The notes under the pieces: model-generated
The model's input: only the letters and a program-made list of their open reading frames with translations
Told to the model about the DNA's origin: nothing
The model's database searches: none
Program-made: the position numbers and the translations under genes
Shown: piece by piece, positions 13,699 to 27,009 of the stretch
How the letters are laid out: every line of letters begins with the position of its first letter
Position numbering within the stretch: the first letter of the stretch is position 1
From: Ruditapes philippinarum
Taxonomy: Eukaryota
Assembly: GCF_026571515.1 (NCBI RefSeq)
Contig: NW_026865692.1
Location: 62,001 to 126,000, forward strand
Direction of reading: 5' to 3'
Length of the DNA: 64,000 bases

Positions 13699-16600
13699 AT
13701 GCCTGTGTTACCGGTGTTTATGGCTCTTCTTGCCCTGTGCTGCCACACACCAGGTACTGTCACATACATTTATATCAATTATCAGAAATAGAAACTATAT
13801 CTCTACTTATATAAAACAATTTTACTACAAATATGTGTTCTGAAATATTGTCGATAACTTTTTGAACTAAATCATATTTCAAAATTCAGCTTAAGAGCAC
13901 TAATACATGACCTGTCTGATAATAGCTATATGGACATTTATATAAGTATGTTATATATGAATAATTTGTAAAAAATGCGGTCAGTGCCACTCAACTATTA
14001 TTCATAGTACAAGCTCAATTGGAAATATTTTCGTCAAAGGACGACAACCTGTGGTTAACAAACATTATTTAGGAGAGGTTATTATCATTATACGAGAAAG
14101 TTTGTTTGTGATGTTGTATTGTATGTTGTAAAGCTTGTTTAAAACCGACTTTTCTTTACTATATTCACAATAATATCTCAATTTAACATATACAGTAAAC
14201 TCCGCTTATAACGAACTCATTGGGACATTCAAAATATGTTCCTTATATCCGGAGTTCCTTGTAAGCATATAGCGAATTAGTTCTTTGTATCAAAGTTCGT
14301 ATAGGGAACAGATTTACATATAACGAACTGATTGTTTACCGTCGTCTGCCATTTGGGAGAGCATTTGATTAAGAAAAAAATAGTCTCTTTTTTTTCATTT
14401 TAGACACAATACCCATGAGCGTACTTTTTGCATATTGAAAATTGTTTGCTATTTCAGTTTTAGTTCTACTCCCTTTCTCATAGAATATCATATTTTGTTT
14501 CTAAACTCAGTGCTTTTCGATTTCTTTCCATGATTAAGAGTAAACAAGATTTTCGATTTTTCCTTCCTTTTATATTGAAGATCTTCTATTATATTTTAAG
14601 GGTGACTTTTACTAATGAAAGATGTAAATTTCTTTTCATTTCAATCAAGCGTACTTTGTAGTTTTCAATGGATTATGCTTGCAAAGGTGCTTGATTATGT
14701 TGAAAACCGGCTATAAATTATCATAAGCAAAACTATTAAAGAAAGAAAATAATAGAATAAATGGAATAACCATTTTACCTTGGTGACAAAAACTTATGCT
14801 ATAAATATCCTAAATAGAAAACTATTACGGACTGCTATACAAATTAATTTTTATAAATATATTGAAGTACAGTACATTCGACCGAATCTTAACCCCTGTC
14901 AATGAAAACAAAAGTTAATATTTACAGATAGCCAAAATTTTGGAGTTCGTTATAAAAGAGTAATTTTCGGTACATTTAACTAAATTTGGACTAAGAAATG
15001 AGTTCCTTATAAGCGATAATTACTTATAACCGTGTTCGCTATAACCGTATATTTTTATATTAAAGGAATAGGAATGGATGGATTGATGTCTGTCTTATAT
15101 AAATATTCATCATTTAAAAAGAGGTACCATGACAGTTTTTCTGTTGAAATCAATCCTATAAGTGAGAAATTCGTGTTTAAAGACACTATTTTTTACTTGA
15201 GAAATAAGTTCATTGGCGCCGCCATTTTGGCGTTCTATCATTCTCGCGAGACAGACGAGACCGAGATTGTGACGTGTTACACCCACTTCCGGTATAGGTG
15301 TACCCGCTGGTACAACTGAAATATATCTTGATGAAGAACTTATTAATCTTATTGCGTACATTATATATTATTTATGAAAACATCATATGAAACTGAATTG
15401 CTTTAATTAATTGAAGACGCCGCGACATTAATTATCATTTGTCCGATTTTCAAGCTTGCTGATGATCCCACCACATGATTTAAGCAATGACTGCTAAATT
15501 TTCAAAAATAAACCATCAATTTAATTTGGGTACTGTGAGAAACTTCTTCAAATTGACGATATATCCTTTTATTTTGTACTTAATTTTCGCTAGACAAGCT
15601 GTCCGAATAGGGTACATCGCCTGTCATGTATCTTTTTTTTTTCAGCGTAAAATATCAACTAAATCCAATATGCAGCGATCTGCTGAGGACGGGGAAAATT
15701 CGGGCTAAAATAAATTGTTCCTTATAACAGGAAGTTCGCTATATCCGTGTTCGCTATAAGTGAAGTTTACTGTACCCGTGTCGCTTTTGCAACTCTGTAA
15801 AATGGTAGGGCACGGCGATGTATATATATATTTTTTGACGAGATGTAATGTGATAAATAGAATATTATGGTTGTGTAAGAATATTATAGTCGTGTAGGTT
15901 CATTACTAAATTTATAACACTCTTTAAAATGAAATAATATCATGCTCGCCAATATATTCAGTATTGAATCTACACTCATTTAATATTCTCGTTATTTTAT
16001 TTTAGTACTAGGTCAATGTGGTGATGGGTTCATCAAACATGGTGATTCATGTTACCACTTCAGTCATGATACAGAAACATGGCTAGATGCCGAGGTAATC
16101 TTATTTTCTTCATCTGTTGTTACTGAATACTATCTGAAGAGAAGTTTTAGATTTTAGTTCGTACCAGAAAGATGCAAATACACCAGAAGATATCCGGTCG
16201 TTGCTGAGATACGAACCTTCCGCTTACAAGTAAAAATAACAACGCTCTTGACCACTGAGCTTCCCTTACGCAGTCGTAAGAGGTTGTTGTGATATATACT
16301 TATGAAAGTAGGTGGGCACACAACCGTAACAACTTTTATGTACTGTCTGCCAGCCAGGATAGTTGATCATGTTTGACAAGTTATATTAAATTCTAGCCTG
16401 TGAGGATACTGCAAACTTAGAAGACTATCAAATACAGTCACCCTAGTGAGCAGAAGCCGACCTTGTGAAATAATAACTTAACCGAATAAAATTACATGAC
16501 ATGATTTGTTAATAAAGATGGCCGCTTAAACACTTAAATTATTGAATATTTAAACTAATTGACTTTTTATGGTGTCGTTGACAGTATCTTTTCATGCTAA

Positions 16601-18461
16601 GTCACGTGTTTTCAGATTTCCTGTGAAAAACTCTACAGTGCTAATCTTGCCGAAATAACAGACGCCAGTGAAAACAATTTTATCATAAATGAAGTTAACT
16701 CCCTTGGTTGTAAGTTCAATTATCATTATAGATTAGACTTCTTTTCTTTTATTCACATCGACAAGTCTTTTTTTCGTTCATTTAAAGATTAAAAGAAAGT
16801 TTACTTTCTGGTAAATGAGTTAAAGAATGACATAAATTTTTCAAGCGCTTTATTTTCAGCTAAGAGAACTTTGCCTTTTATATATATTTTATGTTGTTTG
16901 TTTAATTTCTTTTAATAACTTTTAAGTTATTGTTAATGACCAATCTCTTACGCAGCGATCTCCCCTAACCAGTAAAGATATCTCTGCCATCACAAACGTT
17001 TAAATATCAATATTTTGATATTTTATAATTTTTAGCTTTTTAATTTATTTTTCATTATTTTGTATACTTTTGATAATTTTTTGATAAAATATAACGGACG
17101 TAGGTACAAAAAGTTTAAAATAATTAAATAAAACATAACGTGAAAAATGACGTTAGATTTTCTATGTAACGGTCGATATTTACATTTACGTCATGTGACT
17201 TTCCAATCTCCACGCTGTGATCTCCCCTTAATTCTTCGGCATAGATAGTTAGTGTACTTATAAAGGGAAGTAACCGCTGCGTGGAGTTTGGTGACTTTCA
17301 TCATCATGTGACGTCTGTGAAGGCAGTGATTACAATCTGCCAAGGGAAGTAATCACTGTGAGGAGTTTGGTTAATGACGTCTGCCAACAACTGATACACA
17401 GTATATACCATTGGATCTCATTTGTAACTTATTGAACTTATATAATCATCTTTGTTTCGTTAAGTATTGCACAAAAAAAAAGAAAAAAAAAAGGAAAAAA
17501 TGTAACTGTTTGTTTTAACAGTTCCTTACTGGGTTGGTGGAAATGACCTTCAAGTCGAAGGTGAATGGAAATGGTTTACGTCCAATGAAAAGGTCACATA
17601 CAGCACGTGGCACCCTGGTAACCCAAGCAATAGCGGTGGTAATGAAAATTGCATGGAGATTCTTGACGGCGATGGTTCTGGGCCAAAAAAACCTCTGTGG
17701 AATGACAAGGTTTGCCATGCTTTCCAGAGATACATTTGTCAGAAGACAGCGTAAGTTTTTTGTTTTTGTGACTTAAAACCCAAGGTTAGACAACAACAAA
17801 ATATTTGGTCAATGGTCAGAATTACATAGAAAAATGGTATGAAAGAAAGGTTTCATTATATATATTGGCTAAATATTCGTTTAAAAAGCGTAAAGCTAAA
17901 TTTCGATCTTTGAACTTTTCCCGATTTCTTTATCGTGACTAGAAAAAGTGCCTAATACGATAAAATTAAGTTTGTATATTGATGGAAAGTGAGCGGAATT
18001 TGCGAGCACTAATCGCTGTATATCATGTGTCTACCTATGAGCCTATGAAAGAGATTCATTGGTTTCTCCTTTTACCTTTTTTCCCGGTGTAGAGGTGGTT
18101 TGGGATAGGGGAAGAAGACATTTATTGATGAATTGTGGGATTTGAAATTTGTTTGTATATCATCCAAGTAACACATTGTACAGTTGGAAAAAACCGGCAC
18201 ATTTCGAATCTTCCCTCGTTTTACAACGACTAAAAATCTTTAAATTTTATTTAATTTATTAAAGGGAAAAAAATAATACTATCCAAATAATATGTTAGCA
18301 TAAAAAATGACAGAAGTATGTTTTATTCAAACAAACTTTAATTCGGAAAATTATATTCGATGCTAGTTTGCAAAAAAATGTATGAACATGTACAGTAAAT
18401 ATTAAAATTTGATTTATTTTTTATTTTCTGTTTCAGTTCGGTGAACGAAATTGTTGGATAA
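13699..18461 (+). CDS. Secreted perlucin-like C-type lectin, copy 3 (5 coding exons)
   Basis: Exons 13699-13753 (MPVLPVFMALLALCCHTP), 16006-16094 (QCGDGFIKHGDSCYHFSHDTETWLDAE), 16616-16709 (ISCEKLYSANLAEITDASENNFI...), 17522-17750 (YWVGGNDLQVEGEWKW...WHPGNPSNSGGNENCMEI...WNDKVC...YICQKT) and 18437-18461 (SVNEIVG*). Same phases as copies 1-2. Confidence 0.92.
14193..15772. mobile_element. Non-autonomous pogo/Tigger-like (Tc1-mariner superfamily) DNA transposon in lectin-3 intron 1
   Basis: TA TSD; TIRs cagtaaactccgcttataacgaa / ttcgctataagtgaagtttactg. CAGT...ACTG ends are typical of pogo/Tigger. No transposase ORF is visible. Confidence 0.8.
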
Positions 18462-19538
18462 ATGAAATATATGTTCACTTTTTATGTACAAATGTTGTTT
18501 AACATACATTATTTAAAATAAAATGATTATTGTGACGTTAACGTGGTAATAAATGTTTAAACTATAAACTTAAAGTATAAATAAAAAAAATACAGAATGA
18601 ATATTTATTATATAAATGATTAAAGAAAACAATAACTAGGACGACAGTTTTATGATAAAGAAGGGGATTCCAAAATTTTTACATTACCCCTGGGCCACCA
18701 TTAACAGTCAGTGCGACATCTGTCAACCACTCGTTAAAATATGACGTCACCGTCATAAGGTTATTTTTACAAAAATATACGAGATAGACTAAGCTAGACA
18801 AAACAGTGATTGTCCGCTATATGTATTATATCAAATTTTATAGAATTTATTCTGAACTAAACAGCAATAAATTTTATAAAATTTGATAAAGACCGATAAC
18901 TTGCTAACAGTTTGTCGCGTACGCATATCGGCAATGTTTTTATGATTGACAATTCTATATAAAAGATGTCTATTGCCTATGCCATATCTGTATGTTCATT
19001 TCAAATATGTCTATTGCCTATGCCATAACTGTATGTTCATTTCAAATATCACGCCTGGTAAATGATAGAGCTACCTTTTTTCGGAGGTATACGGTAAATC
19101 GCTCTATCGCTACTTCCGAGCTAGTTCATGTCGCTAAAACCAAGTGTCAAGTGTTTGCATTTTTTATATATTTTGTAAACTTTACACCATGCAAATATCA
19201 AAATTCGGAGAATGCTATGCCATGTAGATTTGATTAAAGTTTCTAGAAAACATAAAGCTGTTATAATTGTGTTTGAAATGTAGTTGCAGCGGCATTTCCA
19301 TGCAGTTAGCGAATTCAACGTTGAAATGGACTGTTTTATCATGAAACAGATTATTTTTCCTCCAATTTTCATCTAAACTGAGATTTAGATAAAAAACAAA
19401 TACGTTTCAAGTAGATATAAGGTCTAGAAATGAAGTAAAATTGAAATCAGATCAAAACAATAGTTAATAAAGAAAATATAGGATATTTGTTCTGCGAGAC
19501 AGTTTTGTCGTGAAGGAGGTAGTCTGTCGTCAAGGAGA

Positions 19539-19754
19539 TTTTTGTTTGTTTGTTTCATTTTACGCCTTTTCCCAACAGTATTTCAGTCATATAGGCGGGT
19601 AGTTTCCTAACCATCGTTCCTGGAGAGTTACACCAGTACTAGACAACTTTCCTCCGCGCTAAACTACCAAAGCATCTCCCGGGGATCGAACCCACGCCAG
19701 AGAGGTAACTGGATTAGAAGTCATCGACTCTAACCGCTTGACCACGGAGGCGGT
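19539..19754 (-). mobile_element. tRNA-derived SINE (family C) with (AAAC)n tail
   Basis: Minus strand reads accgcctccgtggtcaagcggttagagtcgatgacttctaatcc...gggttcgatcccc. Nearly identical to 47512-47732. Confidence 0.85.
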
Positions 19755-19934
19755 AGCTATATAGTTACGTACAATGCGTACGAGACAAACTATAAGCAAT
19801 TTGTTGGTCTTTTATCAAATTTTATAAAACTAATTGCTTCCATAAATAAAATATTTACAGGCTCTTTAAATACAAATACAGACGAATTTTAGCACAGACA
19901 GTTTCCACAGCCTCCGTTGATCTATAAAACAAAT

Positions 19935-20173
19935 GAGCCGCGTCACGACAAAACCAACGTAATGCGTTTGCGACCAGCATGGATCCTGACCAGCCTGCGC
20001 ATCCGCGCAGTCTGATCAGGATCCATGCTGTTCGCTTACAAACCCTATTACAAGTATACGGAGAAATTGATAGCGAACAGCATGGATCCTGATCAGACTG
20101 CAAGGATGCGCAGGCTGGTCTGGATCCATGCTGGTCGCAAACGCATTGCGTTGGTTTTGTCGTGACGTGGCTC
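19935..20173. mobile_element. Palindromic MITE family A, copy 2
   Basis: gagccgcgtcacgacaaaaccaac...gttggttttgtcgtgacgtggctc. Confidence 0.9.
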
Positions 20174-22291
20174 ATATTTACTCTGACGTTGACAACTTAT
20201 TCAGAACCTGTCTGTTTTAGTCTGTTTACAGACATTACTGTGTGTCAACAAATGACTGCTGATGATGGTTTTAGCTAATACACAATCAACAAGAACACAA
20301 AATAATGGGTGAACATATTCCCTTACAATCGTTTGTTTTGTTTATCTATATACAGTATAGACATTCATTATAATCAAAGTTTCACTATCATATATTTTAC
20401 TAATTTTTATTGAGACTCATCAATAAACACATAATACTCGATCATACAAATAATAAAACATGAAATACTAACATGGCCATTATGTTAGAATTATAATTAT
20501 ATGATAATTTTCATAAATACAATATATATTAAACTGTGCATTTAAGCATATATTCATGATAAGAAACAAAATACATTTGTTAATAATTGTCAATAAAATC
20601 AATTCTTATAGTAAAGCGAGTTGCTTTAAAAAAAGAGATGTAATAAGTATTGATATTTTTTAAGATATTTTTAACGCGCGTTTCACAGGGCCATGGTGTA
20701 ATTCATATTACAATGGTAATACTCGTATAAACTGCGTCTGTTAAATTATGGACTGATTTTTATTTTCATAAAAAAAATCGTGCACTATCATATTCAAGTA
20801 CATGTATTATAAACAAACTTTTAACATGTAATATGGCCTCCTATAAACGGTCAGTTGTTATATAACCCGTGTTTACAACTGATCATTGACCATACTGTCG
20901 GTAAATATAACCTGTATAATTAATATAACAATATATTGGGATACAGAACCGAATAGAACTGTTTTTATTTGTACATAGTATATCATCAAATCGTTATAAT
21001 TTTGAATTGAGAACGTATGCACAAAAAACTTAATTTTGGAGGCCATTTTAAATGCTAACTTGTGCACTATTTAAATAGTTATTAATTATACAGAGTGTTG
21101 ATGCAGTAATTGTAATAGCACCTTATTGGGACAGGCGATATCTGAGCTTTTCTCGCAAAATTTGTGTCAAATAACAGCAAAAATATTAACTTAATAATTA
21201 TACTACTTTGGATAAGGCAAAACTTGTAAAATACAGTACAAATCATCTGAAAATACAGCTTTTTACTGGTTGATAAAGCGAATGCAATGTCGTCTGAAAT
21301 AACCGATTTGTTTTACCTTATTCCATAAATGCCATAATGACATAAAATCGTTTGGAAAATTGAAAAATGATCAAGAGCTAAGAGTTTTCTCATATCCGGC
21401 GCATTAACCCTCAGAAATGAAAAATAATCTGTCTTTCCGTAGAAATGGGCAAAGCAAGTGTTTTATCATGTCCTAGCAATGGACTTAGAACATGTAAAAT
21501 GTTTATCACCTTAAGATAAAAACAATGAATGTGAAATATGTTTTTGGATATGTTAACAATGTGGTATTTTGAGTTTCATGCAAAATATCAAATTACTATA
21601 TAACTGTACAAACTGCCAAAATACAAAAGAAGCAAAATGCGGTTGGGATTTAATTTGTATCTCCATAGTAACTATAATGGGGCACCAGAAATGAAAAGAA
21701 AATCGGGTTTTAGAAGAAGATAAAATATGTTATGTCGAAGAAAAATATAACAAACAAGCCACACGATAAAACGTAACGTAACGTAACAAAACGTCAGCTC
21801 TTCGCATTGTGACGTTTTTTAACGTTATCTCAGTCCCTGTGGTCAAGTATACAGGCAGATTTAAACAGAAGGTTAACAAAATATCCGCCATAAATCTTTA
21901 TAATATTAATGATAATGATTTATTGTTTACTTTTCCATGTTATAAAGTATATCAGTCTAAACGTTTTATTATACCCAAGCTATTGTCAGTAAAGATGTTC
22001 ATTACATATAGCTTTACCCGTTGTATGACAGATTTACTTTCATTTAACCGAAGTTTTATTGCTGTAAGTGCATGTATACTCATTAAACAGTAAAGTAATT
22101 ACAGAAAATGTAACATCCTGACGGGTTGTCATATTGCGTAATGCTCGCATGTTTTTACTAGTAAAATAATTACCCGTGAGTCCAGCCTGTCAGACATAAT
22201 GCACGTTGAACTAGACACAATACATAGAAACATATAGACATAACTGACAGATCATCTAATTAAATTATTGCGCAATAATCAGCTGATTGTG

Positions 22292-22349
22292 TATATATAG
22301 TCAAAGAAAATAAACAACAAACACCACTGTAGTCACTGGACACCACCAG
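22292..22349 (+). promoter_or_regulatory. Probable TATA box and short non-coding first exon of the Gly-rich gene
   Basis: tatatatag at ~22292 is followed ~55 nt later by a strong donor cag|gtaagg. The next acceptor (ttcag at 23762) lies just upstream of ATG 23771. Confidence 0.55.
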
Positions 22350-23770
22350 GTAAGGTTTTGTTATATCCTTATATCACAGTTGTCTTATTTATTCTAGTAT
22401 ATTCCGCGTCTTACTACTTTACATATGACTTTTGTTGTTGTTTTGTTGTTGTTGTTTTACTTAAAGATTTTATCATTCAGCTAGATTGCTAACATTTTTT
22501 ATTAACTGCTGAGATTGAATGTCGACTGTTTATTTACATAATAATACTAATAATACAAACATATTTATATCATTTTACTTTGTACATCTTAAAAATAATA
22601 AAAATAATTGGGGTTAAATATGTTAATGTAAGATATGTAAATACCAACTATATAATTTGTTCACCGTGATTTTTTAATGAAAATAATTACTAAATATCTT
22701 AAATGATCTGTTTATACAACTTCTTTTCTTCGACTTTTTTAATGCAAATATCTAGGATTCGTTTGTTTATTCTAAGTGTATATATCTACTTCAAGATTTT
22801 TCAAACATAATACCAACTTTTTTAGTTGACTGTGATTATTTAATATAAATTCCTAAGTAAATTGTTTACATTTACAATTTTTTTATCATTTTTAAAATTT
22901 TTAGCAAAAAAAAAAAGAAAATATTTGTATCTCGTATTCGAATAACAAAATCATTTGTATTTTTGTAACACTGTTTATTTGAAATGGCGCACATAATTTA
23001 TATGAGCACTAGCTTATTTAATATGTATATAAAGATACGTTTTCCTAAAGTTTTCTTTATTTTCCGACCAAAAAGACAAACTTAAATGTATGTAATGAAA
23101 AAGTAGAATAACTTTTTTGTTTTAAAAGACATATAAAAACAGCCACGCGTTAAAATTATATATAAGACTAGTAGCCCTTTACGTTATTTCGAGATTTTCC
23201 TGCATTTTGAACAAGTATACTTACATACAATTCTCGTATATACATACCTTACTTTACATCTGTCGCTCTTCTTTTTTGAGGGGATGGGATGGGGGAAGAG
23301 GGGGTGGTGGTGTCATTTTAAAAATATCTTGATCTATAACTCTATAACCTGTATTTGTTTGGCTTTCCCGGGGATCACGCAAGGCGGCCTCCTCGCATCT
23401 CGAGTCAAATACAAGTTTCATATCAAAATATTCTTATAAATCAGTGCTAGCGAAACGAAAACAACGGTAACAGCAAGCTAAATGCTAAATACAAACCATG
23501 TATAGAAATAAATGTGTAAATGTAACATGAAACATGTTGTGTTGATTCTTTAAAGACTGATATGAAATAAAGATTTTAAAATATAGTAAAAGACATGAAG
23601 TTCAATAGTTAAAGGACATGTAGGGAAAAAAACTTGTAACCTATGTAAAGAATATCTACTCTATAATTGAATAAAACACGGTATTTTCCTTTTGTCCGTT
23701 TTTAGGTATAACCTTGTCGTTTCGTTTGTGTATATATACTTTTCATTTTCCCCCCATTTCAGACAACAAC

Positions 23771-25376
23771 ATGATCAAACACTTAGCCCTATTGTTGGTC
23801 GGCGCCCTCGCCGTCAACGCATCCTATTACAGCCGTAAGAGCAAAGGATATCCGATTAAAAAAGGATTCGGTGGCGGTTACGGCAGTATAGGTGGCGGTT
23901 ACGGCGGGAGTATCGGAGGTAGTGGATACGGAGGCGGTCATGGTGGTGGATATGGGAAGAAATATGGTGGTGGATACAGTGGTGGAATGATTAGTGGAGG
24001 AATCGGTGGATACAGTCGAGGCTACGGAGGTGGATACGGAAAAGGATACGGAGGAATTAGTAGCGGATACGGTGGTGGATCTGGATATGGTGGAATTGGA
24101 GGAAGTTACGGCGGTGGACACGGAAAGTTCGGCGGTGGAATTCGAATTGGAGGAGGTTTTGGAGGTTATTATCAAACTAATATTTTCTTTAGCTTTCGTC
24201 TTACACAAAAAGAAAACTTGAAGTTGCCAGCTTTCAAAGAATAAGGGGTAACCTGATATTATGCGTGTTCACGTTTTGAAAATGAATGCTTATTTTTATC
24301 AAAAGAGTGAAACAAAAAATTTGGACATGAAACCAAAACTTTAAAAAGTGAAAACTGGAGTCTCGATTTGATTTAGAATATTCATGAGAGGTATCTCTTT
24401 CACGCCCCACCGGCTAGCATTGTTAGATAAATATGTATTGCTATTAATATCTAACATTATCAAAACATGTTACATATGTTTTTCAGGATATCAGAGGGGT
24501 GGTATTGGAACAGGATATGGCAGTGGATACGGAGGTGGAGCTATCGGAGGTGGTATCGTCGGTGGTATCGGCGGTGGTATCGTCGGTGGTATCGGCGGTG
24601 GTATCGTCGGTGGTTACTACGGGGATGATGATGATGATTTTTATGGCAGATACACCATTGGCTATGGAGGTTCCGGTTCAGGTGTGTACGGGGGATACGG
24701 TAGAAGAACCGGTGGCTACAGAAAATATCCAAGCATCGGCAAGAAATATGGTGGTTATGGCGGAATCAGCGCTGGAATCGGAGGGTAGGCCTAAATTGAT
24801 TTTCTTTTTGTCATGCTAAAGTCAATAGCACTAATTATCATTATTATTTTTATTTCTAATTACCTGTGGTACTGAACAAGTTTCCTCTTTTAATTAAAAA
24901 AACAATTCGAGGCACAATTTTTGGTAAAATATTGCTCAAGATACGGTGCATGGTGTGCGTCGCGTGATCAGACTAAGAAATACCGCATTTATTATTTTAC
25001 TGCAAATCTGATTTGTTGCAGACCTTTGTGCTGTCAAAAATCCAGTAACAGGTTTATAATACATGGGTTATTTGATGGAAAAAAACAAGAACAGATTATA
25101 TATACATTCCTGTTGAAATTAGCCGAGGATTCGAAATAGAATACACACTGATATATAAAGTCTCATCAACATATTCTCATATCAAACATACAAAATTTCA
25201 GTTCTGGATATGGTAAAGGGTACGGCGGTGGAGCCGGCGTTTACGGCGGTGGAGCCGGCGTTTACGGCGGTGGAGCCGGCGGGTACGGTCAAAGTGGATT
25301 TGTATCAAGTGGAGTCGGTGGCTACAGTCAGGGTTATGGATTTGGAGGTGGAAAGAAATTTGGCGGAGGATATTAA
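23771..25376 (+). CDS. Secreted Gly/Tyr-rich (GGY) shematrin-like structural / shell-matrix protein
   Basis: Coding exons 23771-~24164 (signal MIKHLALLLVGALAVNA, then SYYSRKSKGY...GGGYG repeats; weak donor, boundary approximate), 24487-24784 (GGIVGGIG repeats, YYGDDDDDFYG, RKYPSIGKKYGG) and 25202-25376 (GGGAGVY repeats, ends KKFGGGY*). Phases 1 and 2 join in frame. Confidence 0.88.
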
Positions 25377-26054
25377 TTTCAACTTGTAAGATCTTTTTCT
25401 TTTCAAGCATGTTTATACAAAGAGAGGTAACAATAAAGATAACAAATTTCTGTATGTTAGACTTTTAGACACGAATGAATACTACTAGCATACTATCACT
25501 GTATCAATATAAATAGAAAATCACATGTCTCTTAATATCACTTGCCGGCCATGACTAGGAGTTTAAATCCCAAAGTGCCCTGTTTTTCATGCAAGATAAA
25601 TTTGGCTATGCACAACTTCATTTAAGGTACCAGGCACAAAGTCTCTGATTATAAAATTACATATAATCCACGATCTACACCATTCTAATCAGAAATGAAA
25701 AAAAATCTCAACATTACACTGACATTTATATGAGTTCAAGGTAATCTGAATTTATAAATAGATGTTCCATATCTTTAATTTCAGAAAGACCGATCTGTCT
25801 ACCAGGCGTTTGCTGTGTGGTGTTGTTATATTTTCCATAATTCCGTTATTTTAATAAAAAAATGTTTTTATCAAAATATCACTTTTTGTTGTATTTATCT
25901 CCATAGATACTGTTGTTTTGTATGTAATTTTTAATATGCGTTTGTTAGTAAAATGAGCAATAACTGGAACTAACGCATTCTTATGGAAGACATGATACAT
26001 TGATGTATCTAAAAGAAATACCAAGGTTGTAAAGAAAAACTTAAGTAAGTGCTA

Positions 26055-26302
26055 CTGTAATGCTTTCTCGCCATCGGCCAATATCGTAGCTAATCGGGTA
26101 TTTCCGGAACTTTATCTTTTCAAAGTCTTGGGTATTAAATTATTTACAATCACTCATCTTTTATCGCTATGTACTAACTTCCGATTTTAAACGGTTGAAA
26201 ATTAATGAATACTGAATATTGTGAAAAATAACGTTCCGGAAATGACCAATTGTTTACGATATTGGTCGATGTTAGAAATTATTTCGCGGAAAAGCATTAC
26301 AG
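26055..26302. mobile_element. ~250-bp MITE with TA flanks
   Basis: Inverted ends tactgtaatgcttt / aaagcattacagta, plus internal inverted ccaatatcgta...tttccggaac / gttccggaaa...tacgatattgg. Confidence 0.7.
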
Positions 26303-26348
26303 TAAAACTACCTTAAAATTGTTTATTATATATAAGACTGTTTCATTA

Positions 26349-26872
26349 AGTTCCAAAAGTGAGCTGCAAGACTAATTCTAGACAAAGATTATGACACTCC
26401 ATCTGCTGAACTTTTTTCTGAACTCCGCTGGATGACCTTTTCACAGAGGGTTGTTTTTCAAAAAGCTATTATGATGTTTAAAATAATGAATAATCAGGCG
26501 CCTTCCTATTTATTGAATAATTTCATTTTATCGTCAGATGTTCATACTCGAATTTTGCGTTCATCATCTGATTTTCAACTTTATACCCCTAGACCAAATT
26601 CTGAACAATTTCGTAAGTCTTTTGTTTATTCTGGATCTTGTATTTGGAACGGCCTTCCTGATTATATTAAGTCTGCTACATCTGTTAACCATTTTAAAAC
26701 CTTATACTTGAGGTTTTATCACGCATTGATGTATACAAATTGATAATCTCCTGTATGTATTTACATTTAGTATTTTAATAGTTTGAATATGTTAAATTAT
26801 ATTGTTCCTTGTTGAGGGCCTCATGGAAGATTGATATGTTTATCCAAATGAGTTCTCTCGTTAAATAAAGTC

Positions 26873-26912
<40 letters not shown>
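26349..26912 (+). mobile_element. 5'-truncated LINE (CR1/L2-group) 3' end with (TAT)n tail and 8-bp TSD
   Basis: Open frame AARLILDKDYDTPSAELFSELRWMTFSQRV...MMFKIMNNQAPSYL...FRKSFVYSGSCIWNGLP...FK is the typical post-RT C-terminus of CR1/L2 ORF2. It has AATAAA, a (tat)n tail, and tttcatta at 26341-26348 and 26913-26920. Confidence 0.88.
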
Positions 26913-26914
<2 letters not shown>

Positions 26915-27009
26915 TCATTATATATAAATCTCCATGATTAAAGCAAGCATTTCTACTTGTACGTCACGTAAATCATACAGCATGTCAATAAAATGACATT
27001 TTATAATAT

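Noticed and set aside
19855-20175. Recurrent ORFs containing AWILIRLRGCAGWSGSML / MDPDQTARM
   Set aside because: Translations of the palindromic MITE family A, not genes.
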